Positions 15,101 to 27,100 of a stretch of 64,000 nucleotides of DNA are shown here, in pieces. Origin of the DNA: Octopus bimaculoides (Eukaryota). The notes under the pieces were generated by a model that saw nothing but the letters and a program-made list of their open reading frames with translations, was not told the DNA's origin and searched no databases. Positions within the stretch are counted from its first letter, which is position 1. Each line of letters starts with the position of its first letter. The translations under genes were made by a program, and so were the position numbers. The stretch covers positions 88,774,286 to 88,838,285 of the forward strand of contig NC_068990.1 of NCBI RefSeq assembly GCF_001194135.2, given 5' to 3'.

Positions 15101-18100
15101 GCCAAACGCATCATTGATATCGCAGGCTGTTTCAGCAGCTTTTCGGCCTAGCTTGAACTGGAATAAGAAAATTGTGTGAATTTGCTTTTTGTCCATATTG
15201 TATTCAACATTCTGGAAAAAATGGTCTAATTATTCAAAAAGAAAAAGAGTAACACGATTAAATAGAGCGAAAAATGGGCTTTAAAATGATATGTAAAGTC
15301 AAAGTAATTTAATGAAAATTAATTTCAAAATACTTCATTTAAAACCAAAATTAAAAATTCCACAAGAACTTTCTTGACAACCTAATACTATACCAACTTG
15401 CTGAATCAATTATAAAAGGTTACCAAAACACCCAGGAAAATTGGTAAGAGTGGTCTTGTTTCATCAGGTCGATGCTCCAGCACACAAGTCCTTGGTTTCA
15501 ACGGCTGCTGTGTGTGACAGTGGCTTTGAAATGGTTGATCACCCTTGACCTGGTTGATCACCATCGAGGAAAACATTGATTATGTTCACCAAATGGTGAT
15601 GGATGACAAGTGATTAACTATAAAACAAATTGTCAGTATTATTAATATTTTCTGTGAGAGAATATCCTGCACAATGAACTTGGCATGACAAAAATTTCTG
15701 CTTGGTGGGTGCCACACCTTCTGACACCTGATCAAAACCACACCATGATGATCACATCACAGTAAAATATGACATTGTTTGAGGCAGATCCAGCTGGTTT
15801 CCTTGAAGGTTTCCTAACCCAATGTTATGAACATGCATGTAAACATCAGGTGTAGGAATAGTATTACCCAATAAATATTTGGATGTGGTTGTCTAGTATA
15901 ACCGATCACAGGAATATTATCTTTACACAGAATACACTCCGTATTACTCCAACATAGTTATGATATTAAACTAACACAGTAACCAATATGGATGATCAAT
16001 GCTGCCAACTGCCACTGACGGTTCACACAGTTCTATATTTATTCAAATCCGTTTAATCCACTCTCAGTCACATGGAAGTGAATGAGTATTGGCTTCACTT
16101 TGGGATCAGAGACAAAGAGACAATCCATGCAATGGAAACACCCTTCCTTACCTGCTCCAAAGAAGGACATGGTTGTTTCATCTGCAGAGAAGGTGATGGC
16201 CTCAGTTTTTGGGGATATAAAATGCCTATTGACTATCTTCAAAAGGGCTACACAATGGCGAATAATATGCCAACTTGCTGAATCAGCTACAAAAGGCTAT
16301 CAAGACCAAATACCCAGAGAGGGGTCTTGTTTCATCAGGACAATGCTCCTGCACATAAGTCCTTGGTTTCACTGACTGTTGTGTCTGGCAATGGCTTTGA
16401 ACTGGTTGATCACCCTTCTGACTACCATCTATACCTCAACATGAAAAAACGCTTGGCTGAAAACCAGTGTTGCAGTGATGATGATGTCATAACTACTGTT
16501 GATGACTTTTTTGACTAACAGGATGAAAGCTTCCTCACCAATGGAATCCAACCACTGCAACACCAACATAAGAAGTTTGTGGACCACAAGGAGAACTGTG
16601 TTGAAAAATAAACCTAATTTGGTTACATTCCATGAGAATATTTTGATCAACCTATGAACTTTTCAACCAACCCTCGTATTTGTTTTAAATTCTACATTTA
16701 AAACGATCTATGCATTGGATGCTATATAATTTCTAATTTGTGTGTGGGAGTATAAAATATATTGTTTCTTTCTTTTTTTTCTAGCCAAAGATGATCTTTT
16801 GATAATTAAAGGCACTGCCATACCAGGGCATGATACATTTGAGCGGCTGGAAAATGTGAGCTTAAAGGAGTGTGGTCATGCTTGTCATCAAAATCCAGGA
16901 TGTAACTCTTATGAGTATAATAAAAAAGATATGCTCTGTGATCAAAGTAATGCGACTCACTTGACTCAGGACCTTCTGCCCAACACCTGGGCATGGGATA
17001 CTTACATCATTAACCCAGGTCAGTAGAGTGTTTTTATTTTTTTTGGTTTGTGTACTTGCATATCTATGTGCTTGCATGTATTTACATATACATACTTGTG
17101 TGTCTATAATGTGTGTGTGTGTGTGTGTATGCCCATGCTTGCTGTAGAGAGGGTGTCTCCCTTGTCAGTACAGAAAACTGTGCTTTGTTCGTAGCTAAAG
17201 AGTCATGGTTGAACTTTTCCCTTTTGATTTTAAATTGCATCTAGCCACCTTAATCATTTATTAATATATAGATAGATAGACATACATACATATATATACT
17301 TATATATATGTGTGTGTGTGTATTAAAGTAATAAAGTTAATGTCTGGTCATAGAGTGATTCATCCATGAAGGTTGTAGCTTTGTGGACAACTTATTAGAC
17401 TCTAGTCCGAAGACAAATTTAACTCTTCACCTCTCAGAGCTGGAAAGTTGTTACAGTCGTTGATCAAAAGGTCATCAGAGAATAAAAAGTCCAGCGTTAG
17501 TGAGGACAGGTTATATCCCCTAGACCAGCTATTTGGAGAGGGGAATAAGAGATCTCTCCCTTAGCCTGCTAATGGATCATAAGGACTCTTTCAGGTTTAG
17601 TTAGTGAACAAGGAATCCCATGTTTTCAGCAGGAAGCACTTGAAAAGAATGTATGGTATGAAGATTTCTTGGTGAATATTCAGCAACCCAGATCTCAGGG
17701 AATTTTTAAGTATTTTAGCTTGCTCTGCTATGCAGAGCTTGCAGTGTCCACTGCCGTTGATGTAGGGTCCAGTCATTCTAAGATCTTCCACTTGATATCA
17801 CATGGGATCCCTTCAACTTTGAGGCACTACTCATGGCTGGCCAGGGTCATCTTTCTGGGACCCTAAAGGAGGACTTGTGGTTGTACAAGTCGCTTGAATG
17901 CCATACTAGCTGATCTAATGTATTTCCAGGTTTGAATGTTGGCTGTGTTCACATTACTTACACTTTTACTTGTTTCGGTCATTTTGACTGTGGCCATGCT
18001 GGAGCACTGCCTTTAGTTAAGCAAATCGAACCCAGGACTTATTCTTTATAAGCCTAGTACTTATTCTATCGGTCTCTTTTGCCAAACCGCTAAGTTATGG

Positions 18101-21100
18101 GGACGTAAACACACCAGCATCGGTTGTAAAGCGATGTTGGGGAGGGGGACACAGGCACACAAACATGTACACATACATATATACATATATACGACGGGCT
18201 TCTTCCAGTTTCCGTCTACCAACTTCACTCACAAGCTACTTACCACACAGCCACTCCTACGCCTATATATAATACATACATAAAATACATGCATGCATAC
18301 ATACGTACATATGTACATATGTACATACACACACAAACACATACATAGATACATACCTACATGCATGCATGCATGTAGGTATGTATTATATCTATGTGCA
18401 AATTTCATCAATTTGATTCACTCAGTATCTTTTATTGTAACACTGTCGTTATCTCTTTATTCTCATCCTGTTCCTAATATTGATATCAATTTATTTCACC
18501 AATTTCAGTTAACTCAGAAATCAAATGTGGACCACCAAAAGACATTGTCGGTGCTGCGAAGGACTACAAATCTACTGACTATAAATCTGAAGTGACCTAT
18601 ACTTGCCCAGCGGATGAAACGATAAAGTCTACATGTGAAAAGAACAACAAATGGACTCCAGTACCACCTATTTGTAACGGTAACATAAATAGCTTCTCTC
18701 TTGTATTTGTCTATGTGATTTTGTTATATTTTTTTACTAAATGTCTTTATCAGAGAAGGACTGGCTAACTCTATGGCAATTTCCACAGAGAGGAATCTAT
18801 CCTCAGACCAGAGACCTCTCTAAATGCTTGTAACAGATTGAATTCCATTAATTCTGCTCAAGGGAATGGTAATGCTATTATATCAAGTGATGGATTAAGT
18901 ATGCTGATCAAGAACTGGAAGTTTGAATGCTTGTTTCCTGTAGGCTTCCACATTGACCTTTCTCTCCAATACTTTTTGTCATCATCCAAAATTCTGTACA
19001 GTATAATGCTCTGAATCCTTCCTTACTAAAACTCGGCAATCCTCTGAAACAGATTTCTGATGCTCTTGCTATCTTCTAATCCACCACCCTTAGTTATGAT
19101 AATCCTAATAATGATGGTTCCTGATTTAGGTTCAAAGCAAACACTTTTTGATAAATGTTTGTTTTTTCAGTACCACAATCCCTACAATTTGACTAGTATA
19201 TTATGTTATATATCCCTGCAAGTAAAATTGACCTCANNNNNNNNNNNNNNNNNNNNNNNNNNNNNNNNNNNNNNNNNNNNNNNNNNNNNNNNNNNNNNNN
19301 NNNNNNNNNNNNNNNNNNNNNNNNNNNNNNNNNNNNNNNNNNNNNNNNNNNNNNNNNNNNNNNNNNNNNNNNNNNNNNNNNNNNNNNNNNNNNNNNNNNN
19401 NNNNNNNNNNNNNNNNNNNNNNNNNNNNNNNNNNNNNNNNNNNNNNNNNNNNNNNNNNNNNNNNNNNNNNNNNNNNNNNNNNNNNNNNNNNNNNNNNNNN
19501 NNNNNNNNNNNNNNNNNNNNNNNNNNNNNNNNNNNNNNNNNNNNNNNNNNNNNNNNNNNNNNNNNNNNNNNNNNNNNNNNNNNNNNNNNNNNNNNNNNNN
19601 NNNNNNNNNNNNNNNNNNNNNNNNNNNNNNNNNNNNNNNNNNNNNNNNNNNNNNNNNNNNNNNNNNNNNNNNNNNNNNNNNNNNNNNNNNNNNNNNNNNN
19701 NNNNNNNNNNNNNNNNNNNNNNNNNNNNNNNNNNNNNNNNNNNNNNNNNNNNNNNNNNNNNNNNNNNNNNNNNNNNNNNNNNNNNNNNNNNNNNNNNNNN
19801 NNNNNNNNNNNNNNNNNNNNNNNNNNNNNNNNNNNNNNNNNNNNNNNNNNNNNNNNNNNNNNNNNNNNNNNNNNNNNNNNNNNNNNNNNNNNNNNNNNNN
19901 NNNNNNNNNNNNNNNNNNNNNNNNNNNNNNNNNNNNNNNNNNNNNNNNNNNNNNNNNNNNNNNNNNNNNNNNNNNNNNNNNNNNNNNNNNNNNNNNNNNN
20001 NNNNNNNNNNNNNNNNNNNNNNNNNNNNNNGATGCCGTTCTTGATGTGATGGGGAAAAAATTGTTGAAAAATAAGAAAGTAACAACAGAAACCTGTATAG
20101 AAAAATGTTTGTCTCATAAAAATTGTTTATCATTTGAAATGACAAAAAGTGGAAAATGTTACTTATCAAAGGAAACTGCAGCTACCTCCGAGAAATTAAA
20201 GTCAGCCAAAGACAGAGATTACTACCAACGAATAAAACGTAATTATTCTTTGCATTTTATTACTAGAATTCTCTTTTCAATTATTTCTGAAATTTGCAAT
20301 TCCATTTGTATTTCATAATGTATAGACAACCATTTCTGTAAAGCCATTGACGGAGTTATCTTTCAAATAAGTCTGAAGATGTTCTGCAACTTACATGAAT
20401 TCTGATTAAGGTGTCATTTTGTGGATCAGTTTTTTGTATATAACAAACAGGTCATTTACTAAATTATGCACCACATACTTTATAATGTTTTATATATATG
20501 TGTGTGTTTGTGTGTGTATGTAAAATATACTTCTTGTTTTCTTTTTTTCCCAGCCGATGATAAGCAAATTACGCTCAAAGAAGTTAGCATACCAGGCAAG
20601 GATATTTTAGGACTACATAAGAAAATGGATTTAAAGAAGTGTAATGAAAGTTGCCAGCGATATCCAGAATGTAACTCTTATCAGTACAATGAGAAAGATA
20701 AGATGTGTAAGTTGACAAAGGCGACTCACTTGACACATGAACTTAAAATCAGCAAGGGAATTTGGGATACTTACTTCCTTAATCTAGGTTAGTAGAGTGT
20801 TTCCGTCTTATTTACTGTGTATATTGCCATGTGTACATGTGTGTGTAGCACACCTTTATATTGGAAAGCATTGGCTATGATGAATCATATTACAGTGCTT
20901 TGAAATTCCTGAAGTGTTGTGCATGAAATATATATTATTTGTTTGTGTGTGTGACAGTAGACTGCTTGAGAAGACCCATCCATTCCAGCAAAAATGATGT
21001 TCTAAATGTATTTCATTTACACTGTCCAAGACATTACCCATTACAATTCGTCTTGGCCTAACAGCCCTTAACGTTTGTCTTCATTGATTGTTTACTCTGT

Positions 21101-24100
21101 ATGTCTACTCTATCGTCGTTTGTTCATTCGAAGCTCTAACTCTCCATGAATTTTATATTGACTTACTTGATAACCCTGCCAGTGCTGGTGTCATGTAAAA
21201 AGCATCCAGGCCTTTTTCAAGTTGATTCACTCATTGTCTTTTATTTGTAACATTATCATTACTGCCTCATTCTCACCCTCCTCCTAATCTGCACTCACCA
21301 TTGATACTATTTTCTCTTATCAATTCCAGATTACTTAGAAATTAACTGCGGACCTCCAAATGATGTTACTGGTTCAGTGAAGTCCTACAATTCCACCACC
21401 TATAAATCTGAAGTGAACTATACTTGCCCAGAAGGAGAAAAATTAAATTCAGTATGTGAAAAGGACAACAAATGGACTCCTGTAGCATCTGTTTGTAAAG
21501 GTAACATAAATAGCTTCTCTCTTCTTGTCTCTGTCTTTCATTTTTCTGTCTTTCATTTTTCACATGCCACCAGCACATGTGCTGGTAGGATGACTCTGGC
21601 AACGATCATACTCAAATGGTGCTTTTCACATGCCACTGGTATGGGGGCCACTCCATGGCCCTGGCAATGATCACGCTTGGATGTGTTTTAACATTCCATT
21701 GGTATGAGTGCTAATCAGGCGGTACTGTCATCGGCTACGTCAGCAATTTTGATTTTGATTTCACTTGCCTCAATAGGTCTTCACAAGCAAAGTTTATTGT
21801 CCAATGAATGAGGGGTATTCATAAGTGGGCTGGTTACACCCACTGGCATAGGCCATGAGCCATGGTCTCACTTGGCTTGTTGGGTCTTCTCAAGCACTGC
21901 ATATCTCCAAAGATCTCAGTCACTAGTCATTGCCTCGGTAAGGCCCAATGTTCGAAGGTCATGCTTCACCACCTCATCCAGGTTTTCCTGGGTCTACCTC
22001 TTCCACCTCAACTGCCAGGGTGTGACACTTTTTCACACAGCTGTCCTCATTCATTCACATGTATTTGTGTATGTGTATCTTTAAGTTTATATTTCTATAA
22101 ATATGTAGATACACGCACACAAATATGTATATACACACATATATAAATATGTATATGTAAATATACATATATGTATATATTTATATATATTTATGTCTAA
22201 GTGCAGATTTCTTCAGTTTGTTTCACTAAATATTTTTTATTCTAAATTTGCTGTTATCTTCTAATTCTTATCCTCCTCCTGACATGTACTCATAATCAAA
22301 ATCAATTTCTGTTTTCAACTCCAGCTTATGCACACATTAACTGTGGAAATCCAAAAGATGTTGCTAGTGCATTGAAGTCCTACACTACCACCACCTATAA
22401 ATCTGAAGTGACCTATACTTGCCCAAAGGGAGAAAAACTAAAGTCAACATGTGAAAAGGACAACAAATGGACTCCAGTAGCTTCTGCTTGTAAAGGTAAT
22501 GCAAATAGTTTGCTTTCTTGTTGTCTCTAAGTACTTTTGTTTAATTTTTGTGTTAAATGTATTTGTTGAAGAAAAATGACTGACTCCATGACAATTTTTC
22601 TACAGCATTTGAGGCTGGTGGGAGGGAGAGAGGAAGCCAGAGACCTCCTCAAATGGATGATGGATTAAGTCAAGTACTAGGCTTCATTTACTTTCATGTA
22701 TCCTCACTGTAAAATATGTGGCCTTGTGTTTAAGTTAGGAATCGTTATCATTAATACTGTTGCTATCAACAATAATTATAATTATTCTTATTGTTAAGGG
22801 TGATGTATTGAGAGAATCAACAGAGCATCAGACAAAATGTGTTCTGCTATTTTTTCTGCCTCTTTAACTTCTTTCTTCAAATTCTGCTGATGTCAACTGT
22901 GCACTCTCAGGAATAATAAAATACAATCCCAATCAAGTGTAGTGGCCGATTTAATGAACCAACTTCTACGTCAAAATTTTGGCTCTTGTTTATGTTAGAA
23001 AATATTATTCTTATTGTTGTTGTTAATATTCATTAGTCTCAATTTTATTTTTTCTCTAGATATTAAGATCCATTTTATGAAAATAAAAAATGCAGTTCTG
23101 GATGTAGTTGGAAAAATAATATTAAGTGGTAAAAATATAACAGAAGATGACTGTGCAGAAAAATGTTTGTCTGACGAAAAGTGTTTATCATTTGAAATAA
23201 GTAAAAAAGGTGGAAAATGTTACTTATCAAAGCAAACTGCAGCTTCTTCCAAGAAAATGAAGTTAGACAAAGACAGAGATTACTACCAACGAGTAAAATG
23301 TAATCATTCTTTGTTTTTATAGGAATTTTCTTTTTGTCTTTTTCTGAAATTTCTGATTTCATTTGTACTTCATAGTATATAGAAACCATTTCTGTAAAGG
23401 AATATGGCTACGTCTGTCCTTTGAGGACAGACGTAGCCATATTCCTGATAAAAAGTGCAATGTTAGGTAGTGTAAGTACTGTTAGGGTTTTTTCACCTTG
23501 AACACTATATGCATGCTTTCAATTGTCTTTTTATGTAAGAAAGGAAGCTCTTGTTGAATTTCTTAATCCTGGATGTTGGTGATGGTGGTGGCAGCAGCAA
23601 CAGTAACAGTAAAGATGGCAGTGGCTGTGGTAGTGGTGGTAACTTCAGCTTTCTCTTCATATGTTTATGTTGACATGGCTTAGTGCTGTTAAAGCACTGT
23701 TCTCACATAATCTGATATACAAAACAAGAAAATTGCAGCAAAGCTGTGTGGAAATGGTGTCAGACATAGCATGAAGCTAGAAGTAACAACTTAATTTATG
23801 GTAAACACCTTGTTACATGCATTTATCTCAGGTTTCAGAAGTCCTCAGACTCTGCTATAACACTCCTTCCTGATCTTCTCTTTCATTTTTCATGCTTGCA
23901 TGCTGAATACCAGAACCTTCATTTATTCCTAGGTGTGTATAGGTTTGTTCCTGCTCAAGTTGTTTTATAACTGTTTCAACATCTCACTTGACTGAATTAG
24001 AGTTTATTATTGTTGTTGTTGTTACTGCTACTGCTACCATTGTTGTTATTGTTGTTGCTATTATGTCATAGTTATTTTTTAAATATTAGATAATTATGTA

Positions 24101-27100
24101 AAAATCCATGCAGTTAAAATTTTTAATAAAATATAAGAAAATCACTTGGTGCATTGTTTTATAAATGTACAATATATTATGAAAAAAAAAAACTGTCCAT
24201 CTAGAAAATTATTTTTCAGCATAAGACACCCACCCTTCTCAGAATTAATGTGGATTCTAGTACATCAAAATGTTGCTTGAGTGTTTTGGTAGTAGATAAT
24301 CCATTTGTACATCCTTCTGATAGTGTGCTTTTTTTTTAGATTGAATGACCATAATAACACTTTACATTTTATGGGTATACTGATCCTAAAAAAGAAGACC
24401 ATTAGAGAAGAGATATACAAATGTTTTGTCTGCAACTTAAGTACTGAGATAATTTTTTGAATGTCTGAAGATGTTCTACAACTCACATAAATTCTGATTA
24501 CAGCATCATTTTGTGAATTAGTGGTTTATAATAAATTTTCCATTTACAAAATTATGAATCATATGCTTTACAATATTTAATAAATGTGTGTGTGTGTGTG
24601 TACTTGTGTGAGTGTTTGGATTGGGATGGATGTTAATAAAATGTAATTCTTGCTTATTGTTTTTATTCAGCCACTGGGGAGCCAGTTACAGTTAAAAAAG
24701 TTAACCTACAGAAGGCGGATACTTTGGGACGGGTTAAGAATAAAACCTTAAAGGAGTGCAACAAAACTTGCCAGGAATATCCAGGATGTAATTCTTTTCA
24801 GTACAATGAAGAAGCAAAGTTATGTGATCTGAGCAATGTAACTCAGTTGACTGATAAACTTCAGCCCAACGATGGAAGTTGGGATATATTCGTGCTTAAC
24901 CCAAGTCAGTAGTGTTTCTATTTTACTTATTATGTTATTTCTCTATGCATTTACATTTACATATATGTTTGTATAGTATACATATATACATGTGTGTGTG
25001 TGTAATAAAAATTCTTTTAAATGAGTACAGTGAACTTGTTTTTAAGAGTAGAAGATATGTTTTGGACAGAGTCCTTCTTCAGAGGAAAAGTTGAAAGGAG
25101 AGAAATTAATGAGAGGCAGCAGAGTCTTACACTCTCTAACTTAAAATAAAAATCGACTGTGACTGATACGGAACACAGGACCATGTGAGCTTTATATGTA
25201 AAGAAGAAGTGGTAGAAGAAAAGGTGTGAGGAAGAAGAAGGAAAATGTAATAGAATGAGGTAAAGCAAAGTCAAGAATGAGATGAAGGTAAAAGAAGAGT
25301 TGATGGGTAAGAAAGAGCTTAAGGAATTGAGTGGAGGTGTAGGAGTAGGCGGGAAAACATTCATTAAATCTGTCAGTGACATGGTGCTGAGTTCAAATAT
25401 ATAACATTATTCTTTGTTTCCTTGAGAACATGGATCCACGATGCCTTACACTAATAAGTGAGTGATGGAATGACTGGTAATGTTGAAGTAGGGTGACAAC
25501 AATCTTGTAAACCAAATCTCAAATCTGATTAGCCTATTATTACGTAACATGCTTCACAATTTTAGTATACATACCTTATTAGTATTTCCTCCTAAGTTCT
25601 ATATACTCTGGGAATGTATTAAAGCTCTTTTCAGGGTTACCTTATTTGAATTCTTACTATCGGGTAATTAACTTCATGTTAATTAACTTCATAACTTATT
25701 GAGAATTCCTAAAAACAAGATCCTGTGTAAGACAGTTCGGTATTCTCAATGAATGCACAAAAACCATTTTAAGGGCTACATACTTTGTATTGTTGTTACT
25801 GGATTAGCAAAACAATTACGAGAACAGAACCAACAGATAAGCCCCACTTTCCCAGCTAGTATATATATACATATATATATATATGTATGTATGTATGTAT
25901 GTATTTATATCTATTCTCAATTTCCTTCAGTGTATTTCATTAAATGTATTTTGTTCTAAATTTGTAATTATCTCCTTGTTCTCACCCTCCTCTTAATATA
26001 TGCTCATCATTGATATCAGTTTCTATTATCATTTCTAGCTTTTACGCAAGTTAACTGTGGATCACCAAAAAGTGTTATCAATGCTAAGAAGTTCTATAAA
26101 ACCATCACCTATAAATCTGAAGTAACCTATATTTGTCCAGGGGGAGAAAAATTCAAAGCAACATGTAAAGACAATAATAAATGGGATCCAATAATACCCT
26201 CTTGTAAAGGTAACATAAATAGGTTCTCTCTTTTTGCTAATGTCTAGATAATTTTGTTTTATATTTGTGTTAAATGTCTTAGTCAGTGGAAAACCAGCTG
26301 ACAATTTCCACTGAATGTGTGGTTTGTGGAGGAGAGAAGATGATATCGTCTGTCTAGAAACCACTTCAGATGCTTGCAATACAGTGGGCTACATTAAAAC
26401 TATCTGGGGGCTAAGTAAGGTATTAATTTAGCAAATGACTTATGTATGCCACACAAAGAAACAGGAAGTGTGGACAAATTCTTTCAAGAAGGCTTCCACA
26501 TAGTTCCTATTTTATTGACAAGGCTTTGTTGTGAAGTTTTAACTATGCAACCAAAATCCCACCCAATACCACATTGTTTAGTGAACTTATTACATCCACA
26601 ACTATACCTTGGCTCATCTAGGTCATTTTTCTCTTTTAATTTCTAATGTGACTTTTCTCACCCATAATTTGTCATCATCCAAAACTCCATACAATATAAT
26701 ACCTTGAGTCCTTCTTTACTAAAACTTGACGATCCTCTGAAATAGGCTTCTGGTTCTCTCGTTATCCTCCAACCCACCAATCTTAATTACCATAATGCTA
26801 ATAATAGTAATGCTTCCTGTTTTGTGCTCAAAGCCAAAATTTTTATGAGAGTTGTTTAATAGATACCATGAATCCTACTATTTGACTGGTAGTTTACAAT
26901 ATTATCCCCAACAAGTATGAAAGCAAAGTTGACCTTGGCTTAATCTAAACTGATAACCAATAGAGCCTGAATACATTCTGTAATGCATTCAATTCTCTAA
27001 TTAGCACACGTGTATACATTGAAAATAAAGATGAGGATGCCGAAGGATTTCTGTTTCAGGCCAACTGAAGAAACCCTCCATCGAAGATCCCCATGAACTC

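Noticed and set aside
19237-20030. A hidden extra exon in the gap
   Set aside because: The sequence left of the gap aligns to the S7-A6 intron, where ~660 nt remain before the A exon. This is similar to the estimated ~765 nt here and leaves little room, though gap size is only an estimate.
19060-20318. Long ORFs of 300-370 aa in the ORF track
   Set aside because: They are almost entirely X across the N gap; only the A4 part is real. The same applies at 33009-33448.
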